This document shows, one piece after another, positions 9,366-19,393 of a stretch of DNA of 64,000 nt; within the stretch, counting starts at the first letter, position 1; each line of letters opens with the position of its first letter. The notes under the pieces were generated by a model that was not told the DNA's origin, made no database searches, and saw only the letters and a program-made list of their open reading frames with translations. This DNA comes from Ignavibacteriota bacterium (GTDB lineage: Bacteria; Bacteroidota; Ignavibacteria; UBA10030; CAVZMI01), in assembly GCA_963776275.1 (NCBI GenBank), contig CAVZMI010000028.1, forward strand, positions 48,868-112,867, in the 5' to 3' direction. Made by a program: the position numbers and the translations under genes.

Positions 9366-10448
9366 ATGGCCATGAAGAAACTCCGGACAGTTGTATTCCT
9401 GCTTTTCTGCCTCATCATCATTCATCAGGGTTATGCGCTTCCGCGATTTACCTCGAGCGCATTTCTGAAATGCCAGAATTGCCATATCGATCCTAACGGC
9501 GGCGGAATGCGCAATTATTATGGCGTCATGATGTACGGCCGACAGACTCTGCCTGTCCACAGTTGGACGGATGACTCGACCATGCTGAATTTCACGCCCC
9601 GGCTGAACGACTTTATAAGTATCGGGATGGATATGCGAACCTTGTTTATGTATCAACAGCAGCGTGACTATACCTCTATGTATCAGATGCAGGGAGACAT
9701 TTATCTCAACGCACGCATTTCAAATAAAATCCTTATTTCGGTCACAAAATCGATCTTTCATGATTTTGAGATATTCGGCATTGCTCAGATTCTTCCATTG
9801 AATGGTTATGTGAAAGTAGGAAGGTTCACTCCGGCTTATGGAACAAGAATCGACGATCATACCGCTTTTATCAGATCAAAAACCGTGTTCCCACTGTACC
9901 GCAGACCCGATACCGGTTTCGAGGTAGGAATATCGCCGACATCGCTCACATGGAATGCGGGTGTGTACAATGGCGAAGACGGCAGCGATCCTTCCAATGG
10001 CCGGATCAGACTATTTACCACGAGAGGCGAAGCTCTTTTTCGGATTGAGAATATCAACATTTCCCTCGGCGGATCTGTCTGGTCTAATAAAGGTTTGAAC
10101 GGTACCCTGACAATGTACGGCGGGTTTGCCGGGCTCTATTATAAAGATGTCGCCATCAACGCCGAAATCGATATGAAGAAGGATAAAGCCGGACCGGGAA
10201 CGCAAGAACTCATCACCTATCTGGAAATAAATTGCCTTCTCCTGAATGGTTTCTATTTAAAATTCATGTATGATTTCTACGATCCGGACATCGATTATAA
10301 AACTGGAAGCGAATCGAGGTATAGTTTAGGTATAGAATTTTTCCCGCTGCCCGGTGTGGAAATGCGTCCGGTATTTCGAATATTGAAGAATACACCCGGA
10401 GATGCACATGATAAGGAGTTCGATTTTCTTGTCCATCTCTTCCTGTAA
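9366..10448 (+). CDS. outer-membrane beta-barrel protein with an N-terminal c-type haem motif (cytochrome-porin fusion)
   Basis: Signal peptide GYA|LPRF, CQNCH 11 residues later, amphipathic beta-strands, C-terminal DFLVHLFL. Confidence 0.75.
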   Translation: MAMKKLRTVVFLLFCLIIIHQGYALPRFTSSAFLKCQNCHIDPNGGGMRNYYGVMMYGRQTLPVHSWTDDSTMLNFTPRLNDFISIGMDMRTLFMYQQQRDYTSMYQMQGDIYLNARISNKILISVTKSIFHDFEIFGIAQILPLNGYVKVGRFTPAYGTRIDDHTAFIRSKTVFPLYRRPDTGFEVGISPTSLTWNAGVYNGEDGSDPSNGRIRLFTTRGEALFRIENINISLGGSVWSNKGLNGTLTMYGGFAGLYYKDVAINAEIDMKKDKAGPGTQELITYLEINCLLLNGFYLKFMYDFYDPDIDYKTGSESRYSLGIEFFPLPGVEMRPVFRILKNTPGDAHDKEFDFLVHLFL

Positions 10449-10462
10449 ATAGCGGAGAACTT

Positions 10463-11128
10463 ATGATTTCTCGATGGAACTTTTTCCCGATCGTTATAAG
10501 TGGTGCCCTGATCATCATCCTCTATACCTGCAAAGATATGGGGTCAGAACCCACAGCTAATGGCCCTCAGTTCTCCGCCGATAGTATAAGTCTTCACATT
10601 GCAAAAGGATCTTCGCGGCAAGTGACACTGTCCGGTGGAAAACAGCCATACTCGATAAAATTACAGCCGAATACTGCGGTTGCAACGGCATCATTATCTT
10701 CCACACTTCTCACAATTTCAGCCGTGGATACCGGAAATACTTTTCTCGTGTTGAATGATAGTAGTACTCCGGCACCCGATACTGTGAAAATTTCAATTGG
10801 TGTGTTTGCAGCTACGCCTCTTTCTACCGTTCATTTCTCGACGCAGGTACAGCCGATTTTTAATAGCTATTGCACAAGTTGTCACGGAAGCTACGGAGGG
10901 TTATCGCTTGCGCCAGGCTCAAGCTATACTAATCTTGTGAATGTGCAGGCGCAATCAAGCTGCACTTCATTGAAACGGGTTTTACCCAACGATGCAAACA
11001 ATAGTGTTCTTTATCGAAGGGTAGCCGGATCAAACTGTGGCAGCCGGATGCCGCAAGGAGGCAGCCTCAGTGCGGGGGATATTTCGCTTATTCAGACTTG
11101 GATTAACGAAGGAGCAATCAATAATTGA
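10463..11128 (+). CDS. lipoprotein with Ig-like domain and C-terminal monohaem cytochrome c
   Basis: Lipobox-like YTC; VQPIFNSYCTSCHG...RMPQG...LIQTWINEGA resembles the planctomycete-type cytochrome c domain. Confidence 0.8.
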   Translation: MISRWNFFPIVISGALIIILYTCKDMGSEPTANGPQFSADSISLHIAKGSSRQVTLSGGKQPYSIKLQPNTAVATASLSSTLLTISAVDTGNTFLVLNDSSTPAPDTVKISIGVFAATPLSTVHFSTQVQPIFNSYCTSCHGSYGGLSLAPGSSYTNLVNVQAQSSCTSLKRVLPNDANNSVLYRRVAGSNCGSRMPQGGSLSAGDISLIQTWINEGAINN

Positions 11129-11305
11129 GTGTCAATGGCTCTAAAAGTTGAAGGTTTAAGGTTGAAGGTTTCAGGTTGGGAGGTTTAAAGTTTAAGGTTC
11201 ATGAGATGATTCTGGATAATGGCGACTGTACAGAGAGAGTATTCTGCTTCAGTTGGAAATGGATTTTTTGGCAATTAAATTAAGATAGAAGCCAAAGGAG
11301 AACCT

Positions 11306-11614
11306 ATGAACCAACGGAAACAGATATCGGCCCAACAAAAAGTTATTATTCTCCGGGAACACTTGGAAAACAATGTTCCACTGAGCGAGTTAGGTGAAAA
11401 ATATGGAGTTCACATCAACCTTCTCTATCGGTGGAAAAAAGAGCTTTTCGAAGGAGCGATTGACACCTTCGCTCGAAAACATGAGAAACAATCCAAAGCA
11501 GAGACACGAGCCGCTGATCGCCTCACCGAAAAACTCAAAGCGAAGGATAAGCTCATTGCTGAGCTTGTCGAGGACAACATCCGGTTAAAAAAAAGTCTCA
11601 CTGGCGACAATTGA
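11306..11614 (+). CDS. IS3 transposase OrfA (HTH)
   Basis: LSELGEKYGVHINLLYRWKK HTH, then coiled coil ending LKKS; A8 slippery run at 11587-11594. Confidence 0.88.
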   Translation: MNQRKQISAQQKVIILREHLENNVPLSELGEKYGVHINLLYRWKKELFEGAIDTFARKHEKQSKAETRAADRLTEKLKAKDKLIAELVEDNIRLKKSLTGDN

Positions 11615-12603
11615 ACGATTGTTGGGTCGACATGGACATACGTGATAGTGTCATCGAATACGTTCAGATCATACATCAAAGATCGAATATATCGATCCAG
11701 AGACTTCTAAGCTGGATCGGCATATCACCCAGCAAATATTATGACTGGGTCGATCGTTGTGGGAAAGCCAATAATCACAATGGTAGCATAGTCAAAGAAC
11801 ACTGGCTTTTACCCTGGGAACGAGAGGCAATTATTCGATACTACAGCTCTCATTCCGAAGAAGGATATCGCCGCTTGGCCTATATGATGCTCGATGAAAA
11901 TGTCGTTGCCGTCAGTCCGTCGAGTACCTATCGTGTGCTGAAAACAACAGATCTGTTTAATATGTGGAATACAACACCAAAGAACCCGAAAAAGAAAGGA
12001 TTTGATCAACCGACAAGGCCCCATGAGCATTGGCATATCGATATCAAATATGTAAACTTTCTTGGAACATTTTTATTCTTCACGAGCATCATCGACGGAT
12101 TTTCTCGTTATATTGTCCATCACGAGCTTCGTCTATCGATGCAAGAATTTGATGTACAATTAACTCTCCAACGTGCTTTGGAAAAATTCCCCGGGGTCTC
12201 TCCACGGATTATTTCGGACAATGGGACCCAGTTTATTGCAAAGGAGTTTGGTGAATTCTTACGGTTACGAGGTCTACAACATGCACGGACATCAATCGGC
12301 TATCCTCAGAGTAATGGCAAGATCGAGCGATTTCATCGATCGCTCAGTGAAGAATGTCTTCGAACATCAAGCTTCATTGATCTGAACGATGCTCGACAAC
12401 AGGTTGCCACCTATGTCGAATATTACAACACTCATCGTCTTCATAGCTCGTTGTATTACCTGACCCCAGAAGATTTCTTGGTCAACAGAATCAATAGTCG
12501 TCTCAAAGAACGTGATGAAAAATTATATCAAGCTAGAGCCAATAGAATCCAACAACACTCCACCAGCTGCGTTTCAAGTTATGCGTTACACCTTAATTCA
12601 TAA
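11611..12603 (+). CDS. IS3 transposase OrfB (DDE integrase core), expressed via -1 frameshift
   Basis: GYRR, WHIDIKY, SDNGTQF, SNGKIERFHRS, YYNTHRLHSSL. Confidence 0.92.
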   Translation: MNDCWVDMDIRDSVIEYVQIIHQRSNISIQRLLSWIGISPSKYYDWVDRCGKANNHNGSIVKEHWLLPWEREAIIRYYSSHSEEGYRRLAYMMLDENVVAVSPSSTYRVLKTTDLFNMWNTTPKNPKKKGFDQPTRPHEHWHIDIKYVNFLGTFLFFTSIIDGFSRYIVHHELRLSMQEFDVQLTLQRALEKFPGVSPRIISDNGTQFIAKEFGEFLRLRGLQHARTSIGYPQSNGKIERFHRSLSEECLRTSSFIDLNDARQQVATYVEYYNTHRLHSSLYYLTPEDFLVNRINSRLKERDEKLYQARANRIQQHSTSCVSSYALHLNS

Positions 12604-12910
12604 AGCTGTAATTCCATTTTCCGCTGAACCAGTACAAGAGAGGTCAGGTCTCAACTGTCACTGCAACTATCGAAAGAAATAGCTGCATTAATTTCGTACC
12701 TTAAACGGTCTCCCATTAAAGGCCACAAATATAACAACTTTAAACTTGAAACTTTAAACCTGAAACTTTAAACATCTATCCTCATCTGTTTTTTCTGTAA
12801 CCAACCGGGATAACGGATTGACATATTTAAGGGGGTATTGTGGTGTGAGAAGATATTCTAATCCGTAAACCAGACACTATTTTGCTAACTATTTCTACAA
12901 GGAGCGCTCT

Positions 12911-14278
12911 ATGATTGTCTTGATCAGTGATGTACATCTTACAGATGAATCAACTGCAAGAAATGTTCATAGAAGTGCATTTGAAATTCTTGAAGATGAA
13001 ATCATCAGTAACGTGGAAAGTAAGAAGGATATCAATGAAATAAAGGTCGTTCTTCTTGGCGATATTTTTGATCTGGTGAGAACCGACTATTGGCTCCGGA
13101 AGAACATAGCCCCAGCGGATAGGCCCTGGAATGGCATCATTAATCCCTTAACCGGGATGAATGGAAATAAAGAAAAGGTAGAAGATCAGTTTAATAAAAT
13201 TCTGGAAGGGATATTCGATACTGATGCCTGTAAATCCTTCTTCGCTATGCTTAATAATGTCGCAAAGAGGGCGAAGAAATATAATGTCAGAGATACCAGT
13301 GTCACGTATGTTGTGGGCAACCATGACAGGGCTTTCAATAATTTTGAGAGCCTCAAGAATAAAGTAAAAGAAAAACTGGGAAACGTCGTGAAAATAAAAT
13401 TTGTTTCCGTTCTCCATGATCCTGAATATTCTGTGCTGGCACGACACGGATGTGAGTGGGATAATGACTGCTATTCCTGGAAGTTTTCCAACAATGTCTT
13501 CAAGACAAGATATAATCAGTTTGATGAACCGGTATACAGGATCATGTCGCTCGGGGAAGTTATTACAGCCGAGCTGATGGCAGGCATTGTCTACCACGTG
13601 AGTCAGGCATTGGCGAACAATCCAAGTGAACAAGATAAGCAATTCATTGAGACGATAAAAGAAGTGAACAATCTGAGGCCCATCGTTGAAGTCTTCAAGT
13701 ATCTTGATTGGCTCACAAAGAATGGCATGAACAAATATGACGACATATTACGTCAGGCTCTACGGAAAGCGCTCGAAGCGACATACACATCGAGTCTGGC
13801 GATATTATGGAAAAGGTACGACAACACCATCCCCGGTTTACTGAAAAGAACGAATATCCTTGTGAAAAAAGACTTTGGTTTCGTGAAAATAGTTGTTTTA
13901 TTGCTCCATGCAATCTATAAAGTGTGGGAACGAATAAAAAGCATATTCGTCGGCAGAGAAGACGACCTTGTTTCGGGTGCTCGTGAGGAGTGGAAGAATA
14001 ATAGCTTTGAAAATATTCAGTATATATTTTATGGACATACGCATGAGGCGCGGCAGGATTATATCGAGGGAAAGCAGGATGGAACGGTAAAACTGTATGT
14101 CAATACCGGAACATATCTTCCTTTGATACAGGAATGCAGCGAAGACAATGGTTATAGTACCGCTTATCAAATGACAATGGCATTCGTCTATAAAGGATCG
14201 GAAGACCATGATGGAAAAAAAGGTGATGCAGCAAGCCTCGATGTATGGAATGGAATAAAGAGAAAGAATTACGTGTAA
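12911..14278 (+). CDS. calcineurin-like metallophosphoesterase
   Basis: SDVH, GDIFD, GNHD, RHG, GHTH, NTG motifs; AGGAG RBS. Confidence 0.85.
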   Translation: MIVLISDVHLTDESTARNVHRSAFEILEDEIISNVESKKDINEIKVVLLGDIFDLVRTDYWLRKNIAPADRPWNGIINPLTGMNGNKEKVEDQFNKILEGIFDTDACKSFFAMLNNVAKRAKKYNVRDTSVTYVVGNHDRAFNNFESLKNKVKEKLGNVVKIKFVSVLHDPEYSVLARHGCEWDNDCYSWKFSNNVFKTRYNQFDEPVYRIMSLGEVITAELMAGIVYHVSQALANNPSEQDKQFIETIKEVNNLRPIVEVFKYLDWLTKNGMNKYDDILRQALRKALEATYTSSLAILWKRYDNTIPGLLKRTNILVKKDFGFVKIVVLLLHAIYKVWERIKSIFVGREDDLVSGAREEWKNNSFENIQYIFYGHTHEARQDYIEGKQDGTVKLYVNTGTYLPLIQECSEDNGYSTAYQMTMAFVYKGSEDHDGKKGDAASLDVWNGIKRKNYV

Positions 14279-14398
14279 AACGATGATCGTTGTTGGTACT
14301 CTCCACCGCAGCCCAATACAATCGCCGGAAATCCGGTACCATAGTACTGTTCAGGGAAGGTCGCATTCGTGAAGAAAATGGGAATAAGGAGGAGTGAT

Positions 14399-14878
14399 AT
14401 GAAATGGCTATTCTTGCTGCTCTGTGTGATATTTATCGGCGGGAAATGCACTGCTCAAATGCCCAGTGTATTCTGGCATACTGAAGTAAGCAGCGGTTTG
14501 ATTATAGGACGGAATATCAAACCCTCGCCATTTATTCCTATGCTAAGGTTTGGTTCGCTTATATCGTTGGACAGGACAAACGAACACATATATCTCGGAG
14601 TGCATATAGGAAGCTACTGGGGAAATCCGGGAGTCGGATTTCTCGGTGATGTTTCCGTTCAATGGTATGTGACAACCGTTGGTCAACATTACGCGAGCCT
14701 TTTTATATATCCGGAGACCGGGTATTCAATAGTAGTCAGTCCGGACAACGGCGGATCCTTTTTTGGTGGGGGAGGTATATCGTTGAGTACAAGTTTTCTT
14801 GTGCTCACCGTACGCGGCATGTATTTATTCAGACAGGAATGCGGTATGGGTCAATTGGGCGCTGGAATCCGATTCTAA
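14399..14878 (+). CDS. hypothetical small outer-membrane beta-barrel-like protein
   Basis: AAGGAGG RBS before ATG 14399, signal peptide, Gly/aromatic-rich strands, ends GAGIRF. Confidence 0.6.
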   Translation: MKWLFLLLCVIFIGGKCTAQMPSVFWHTEVSSGLIIGRNIKPSPFIPMLRFGSLISLDRTNEHIYLGVHIGSYWGNPGVGFLGDVSVQWYVTTVGQHYASLFIYPETGYSIVVSPDNGGSFFGGGGISLSTSFLVLTVRGMYLFRQECGMGQLGAGIRF

Positions 14879-14910
14879 ATCTCTTTCAGAAAAATGAAAG
14901 GATACAGGCA

Positions 14911-15912
14911 ATGAAAGCATTAGTTATATCCGGAGGAGGAGTAAAAGGGGCGTTTGCTGTCGGTGTACTCAAAGGTCTTATGGACCAATATCTAGCCCAG
15001 AATTCCAGCGCGACAGCAAACGATTTTTTTAAACAGTATCGAATTATCAGCGGTACTTCAACAGGGGCTTTGATTACACCGTTAGCAGCCATGGGAAGAA
15101 TGGAGGATCTAATCAAACTCTATACAGATGGTTCTAAGCTGGAAAGTTATTATCAATGGAATTCTGACGGGAACTTTGGAAATATATTTTCATGGTATAA
15201 GTCCGTATTCAATGTCGACGGATTAAAGCAGGAATTGCGAGATCGGCTGGCGGCCGATTATAATATACTCATGGAACCCGACAGCCCGACGATCTACTTT
15301 GCAACAGTCTCGATGACAACAGGAGAACGCGTATATTTCAGCAATAAAAATAACGATTTTAATAATCCGGATTACAGGATACAGAAAGTCGACAGTCTCG
15401 GACAGATGGTTGACGCGATTATGGCCTCGGCAAACCAGCCGGTATTCGCGCCGCTCGTTTCAATGAAGAATGATGCGACAGGGAAGAACGAAGAATATGC
15501 GGATGGAGGAATCAGGGAATATATCCCGATACAGGCGGTGTTGGATCAGGGTGCAACAGAGATTGATGTAATTGTGAATTCGCCGCTTTTTTTCAGGCGG
15601 GAATATCCATATCCAGATTTGCTGAAAATTTTGAATAGAACCGTCGAATTACTTACGGATGAAATAGGCGACAGCAATGTTCAGTACGCAAAACGTCTGA
15701 TCGATCTCAAACTTGAAAATACTCCCGGAATAACAATGCAGATTTTCCGTCCGCCGCTGGATGGCTATGGAAAAAATAAGGATAAAGAATTCCCGTTTAA
15801 GGATAGCAATCTTGATTTTGATGCTGGAAAGATGATGATGTTGTTCGACATGGGAATTGAAGTGTCAAAAAAAACAATCCCGGATACTTATGGAGTGTAC
15901 CCGCCGAAATGA
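14911..15912 (+). CDS. patatin-like phospholipase
   Basis: SGGGVKG, GTSTG, ASA, DGG motifs; true start MKALVIS at 14911. Confidence 0.9.
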   Translation: MKALVISGGGVKGAFAVGVLKGLMDQYLAQNSSATANDFFKQYRIISGTSTGALITPLAAMGRMEDLIKLYTDGSKLESYYQWNSDGNFGNIFSWYKSVFNVDGLKQELRDRLAADYNILMEPDSPTIYFATVSMTTGERVYFSNKNNDFNNPDYRIQKVDSLGQMVDAIMASANQPVFAPLVSMKNDATGKNEEYADGGIREYIPIQAVLDQGATEIDVIVNSPLFFRREYPYPDLLKILNRTVELLTDEIGDSNVQYAKRLIDLKLENTPGITMQIFRPPLDGYGKNKDKEFPFKDSNLDFDAGKMMMLFDMGIEVSKKTIPDTYGVYPPK

Positions 15913-15934
15913 GGCGAAGCGTCCGCATATAATT

Positions 15935-16032
15935 GTTTCAAGTTGGGAAGTTTAAAGTTTAAAGTTGGGAAGTTAGAAGTTTCAAGTTGGGAAGTTAGAA
16001 GTTTCAAGTTGGGAAGTTTAAAGTTTAAGGTT
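15935..16032 (+). repeat. degenerate 7-8 bp tandem array upstream of the four-helix-bundle gene
   Basis: Alternating AAGTTTA / AAGTTGGG / AAGTTAG / AAGTTTC units. Confidence 0.85.
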
Positions 16033-16051
16033 GTTAAGAGAGCTATTGATA

Positions 16052-16459
16052 ATGGCGACTGTAAAGAGATTTGAGGAATTAAGGATTTGGCAGGAAGCCC
16101 GTCAGCTTGTACGGGAAACTTATAAAATGACCAGCACTCGGCCGTTTGAAAACGATTACGGTTTGAAGAACCAGATCCAGCGTTCCGCCGTCTCGGTGAT
16201 GTCAAATATTTCCGAAGGATTCGAAAGAGGTTCGAATAAGGAATTCATTCAATATCTTTTTCAATCAAAATCTTCTTGCGGAGAGGTCAGGTCTCAATTG
16301 TATGTTGCCCTGGATTTGGATTATGTCGCTAAAGAGAATTTCGTAATTCTATTAGAACAAACACTGAAACTTTCGAAAGAAATAGCAGCATTCATTTCGT
16401 ACCTTAAACGATCTCCCATTAAAGGCCACAAATATAATAACTTGAAACCTGAAACCTGA
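16052..16459 (+). CDS. four helix bundle protein (23S rRNA intervening-sequence protein family)
   Basis: FEELRIWQEA, DYGLKNQIQRSAVSVMSNISEGFER, SCGEVRSQLYVALD. Confidence 0.93.
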   Translation: MATVKRFEELRIWQEARQLVRETYKMTSTRPFENDYGLKNQIQRSAVSVMSNISEGFERGSNKEFIQYLFQSKSSCGEVRSQLYVALDLDYVAKENFVILLEQTLKLSKEIAAFISYLKRSPIKGHKYNNLKPET

Positions 16460-16498
16460 AACCTGAAACCTGAAACCTGAAACCTGCAACTTTGAACT
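16443..16498 (+). repeat. (TGAAACC)x6 plus two degenerate units
   Basis: Direct count; approximately the inverse complement of the upstream array. Confidence 0.9.
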
Positions 16499-16551
16499 TC
16501 TATATTCTCTTCCTTTCTGTACAGATCTATGATAAAGGTATAGAGTGACAG

Positions 16552-17700
16552 TTACTTGCCAAACATAAAAATCAACGGACGCCAGACACGTGCCGCCCAG
16601 GCATACTCGCTGTGTTCTGCATTCGGATCAAAGAACGAGATGAAATCGGATTCATCGTGATACCCTTTTTCTTTGAGTAGTTCTATCATTTCATCCATCC
16701 CGGATTTAAGGTTTGCCTCATCACCATAACTGCCGCAGTCGAAATAGATTTTTATGTTGTGCGTTTTTCCTCTTTCATCACGGACGAGATCAAGTGCCGA
16801 GGTCGAACCGCGGTCAAAAACACTGGAGACACATCCGGCCTTGGAGAATACGTCCGGATACCACCACACAAACAGGAATGATATCAATCCACCCATTGAA
16901 GAACCCATGACTGCACTGTTCGCCCTGTCCGGTTTTGTCCGATATGCGGAATCGATAAGCGGCTTGACTTTATTGATAACGAACCTCGCGTATGCTTTTC
17001 CGAGGTCCGTGTCCGAATACTCAGGTATACGATCGGGCGAATTGTAGATGCCTACAATGATGATCTCTTCGATTTTATGGGCACGTATCAGACTGTCCGC
17101 CACTTCATCGACATGCCAATCATAGCCGCTGAACGAAGTTTTGGGATCGATGATATTCTGTCCGTCATGCATATAGAGGACGGGATAACGCTTTGACTTC
17201 TGTTTCTCGTATGACGGTGGGAGCCACACAATCAGATCGCGCGCATATCGCAACCCTTCTCCATGAATTTGCCGGTGGTATTTCACCGTTCCGGTAATTC
17301 CCCCCGGCAGTGTTTGATGAACGATATTATTCCAGTCGGTCGGATGAATCACAACTTCTTCATTCATTGCAATGACTTTGCGGCTGTTGGGAGGAACTTC
17401 CATGGAGTGATAGAGAGCCTGACTATCCCACGATCCGAGTGTGATTTTGTATTCGAGTTCCTGCCCTCTGGGGAAGGTAAATGATCTGCTCCAGGTCGAA
17501 TCGTTGATTTTTTTCAATGCGATTTCTCCCGGATTCCAATTCCCCAGTGATTGATGATTCCCGGCGATATAGACAACAGCATCCTGCGGTGTTGTCTTTG
17601 GAACTATCACCGTGAATGCGATTTGTTTTTCCTGCGCCTGACAACCGAAAAGAATTAAAAGAGACAGACAGCAAGGAACAACCAGTTGTCGAATAATCAT
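16552..17700 (-). CDS. CBM20 plus alpha/beta-hydrolase esterase, exported
   Basis: VYIAGNHQSLGNWNP...EYK CBM20; YPVLYMHDGQN, GSSMGG, HSEYAW. Confidence 0.85.
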   Translation of the reverse strand: MIIRQLVVPCCLSLLILFGCQAQEKQIAFTVIVPKTTPQDAVVYIAGNHQSLGNWNPGEIALKKINDSTWSRSFTFPRGQELEYKITLGSWDSQALYHSMEVPPNSRKVIAMNEEVVIHPTDWNNIVHQTLPGGITGTVKYHRQIHGEGLRYARDLIVWLPPSYEKQKSKRYPVLYMHDGQNIIDPKTSFSGYDWHVDEVADSLIRAHKIEEIIIVGIYNSPDRIPEYSDTDLGKAYARFVINKVKPLIDSAYRTKPDRANSAVMGSSMGGLISFLFVWWYPDVFSKAGCVSSVFDRGSTSALDLVRDERGKTHNIKIYFDCGSYGDEANLKSGMDEMIELLKEKGYHDESDFISFFDPNAEHSEYAWAARVWRPLIFMFGK

Positions 17701-17846
17701 AAATGCATACCTGGTCTAAAAACGTTTTTTCCCCACCCGCCATCCGGGATCGTTGCCCTCACGCCTTCATCTGTCCTAAAGCTGAAGTCTTCGCGGTAAA
17801 CAATATGCGAACCAGCCTTTGAGATTTCGTTTTTGTGGCAGATGAT

Positions 17847-19381
17847 TTATATTATCCTAGCGATCTTTGGAGTCTCATCTACATCTTTGACACGAAGGAC
17901 GAAAAGTCCGGCTATGATCATTGACGCTCCTCCAAGTAAAAGCGCATAGATGGCATTTCCTCCAAACAGATGCTTCACATACCATCCGAGGATTGAGGCA
18001 GCGGTGATTTGAGGAATGACAATGAAGAAATTAAAAATCCCCATATAGACTCCCATTTTCTGAGCAGGAAGCGAACCGGCAAGGATTGCATATGGCATTG
18101 CTAAAATTGACGCCCAGGCAAGTCCGATTCCCAATTCAGATACAAGAAGAAGATCGGGGTTCTTAATGAAGTAAAAAGAGAAAAATGCCAGTCCTCCGCA
18201 AAAAAGGCTGATCATATGGACGGTTTTTCGGTTGGTCTTTTTCGCCAACCAGACGAGTACGAAGGCCATCGCAGCTGCAAAACCATTATAGACCGCCATC
18301 AACACACCAACCCAATCCGCTCCTCTATTATATAGTTCTGATGTCGGATCGGTTGCTCCGTAAATGTGATGAGTTACTGCCGGTGTTGTATAGATCCACA
18401 TAGCAAATAAAGCGAACCATGAGAAGAATTGCACGACCGCCAGCTGTTTCATTGTCTTCGGCATCTTATAGAAATCATTGAACACCGTCACAAGGCCGCC
18501 GTTGATTTTCCCCTGCCGTGTGAGTTGACCTACCAACAGCTGCAGAAGGCCGAAAACCATTGAACCGACAAAGAGCACATAGAGTCCAAAGTCGGTTTGT
18601 TCGAGAAATAAACGTAATACTGCCGATCCGGTCAATCCGATGATAATCCAGATTACTCCGTCTCGAAAGAACTTTTTCGCAGACACATTGGAAGAATAAC
18701 CGTCATCAGACTTTGACGCGTGAGGTTCGTTCTCCGGCTCAGAGAATTTCTTCAATTCTTCGGGCGAATATTCCTTCGTGCTGACAACTGTCCATACTAC
18801 GGCGCTGAGGAAAACAATACCGCCAAAATAGAACGAGAATTTCACTGAAGGAGGAATCTCTCCGGCGGGTGCTGTGTTCGAAATTCCAAACCAGTTTGTC
18901 ATGATATAGGGAAGGGCAGATGCTATGATGGCACCGGCCCGATAAAAAAGCTTTGCATCGAAAAGCCTATCGTCCTTTGTTCGGAAGGAAGCATATCTCC
19001 GACGAACGCCCGGAATGGTTCCATCGAAATGTTGATTGAAGCATCCATGATCCAGAGCATCCCTGCCGCGATCCAGAGTACCGGTGAATTGGGCATTGCC
19101 AGGAGGGCAAGAGAAGCGAGGATCGCACCTGACAGGAAAAATGGGCGTCTTCTCCCGAGTCTTCCCCACGTTCTGTCGCTCATATGACCGATGATCGGCT
19201 GTACGATCAAACCAGTTACCGGAGCTGCAATCCAGAGGATCGGAATATTGTCGATCTTCGCACCAAGCGTTTCAAAAATTCTGCTGACGTTTGCATTCTG
19301 CAGCGCAAATCCGAATTGTATTCCGAGGAATCCAAAGCTCATGTTCCAGATTTGCCAAAAATTTAATCGTGGTTTTTTCAT
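17847..19381 (-). CDS. MFS maltose/sugar transporter (one apparent frameshift near 18936-18940)
   Basis: WQIWNMSFGFLGIQFGFALQ, GRRRPF, MEPFRAFVGD in ORF 18923..19459, continuing in ORF 17847..19169 (QFFSWFALFAMW, MGIFNFFIVIPQ). Confidence 0.9.
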
Positions 19382-19393
19382 TATTGAGATATA

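Larger units (their letters stand above)
11240..12636 (+). mobile_element. IS3-family insertion sequence
   Basis: Imperfect inverted ends TATTCTGCTTCAGTTGGAAATGG / CCATTTTCCGCTGAACCAGTACA; AGAG(AG) direct repeat on both sides; orfA/orfB in -1 overlap. Confidence 0.9.
11146..12773 (+). pseudogene. shrunken four-helix-bundle element remnant interrupted by IS3
   Basis: Heptamer array and ATGGCGACTGTA at 11219; after the IS, GAGAGGTCAGGTCTCAA...AAAGGCCACAAATATAA and an inverted heptamer array, all matching 15935-16498. Confidence 0.8.

Noticed and set aside
14662-14910. N-terminal extension of the patatin
   Set aside because: Overlaps the upstream gene; the patatin motif begins right after ATG 14911
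12911-15912. CBASS system
   Set aside because: No CD-NTase or Cap2/Cap3 gene adjacent
16052-16459. DGR accessory gene or true 23S rRNA intervening sequence
   Set aside because: No reverse transcriptase, TR/VR pair or rRNA sequence in the window
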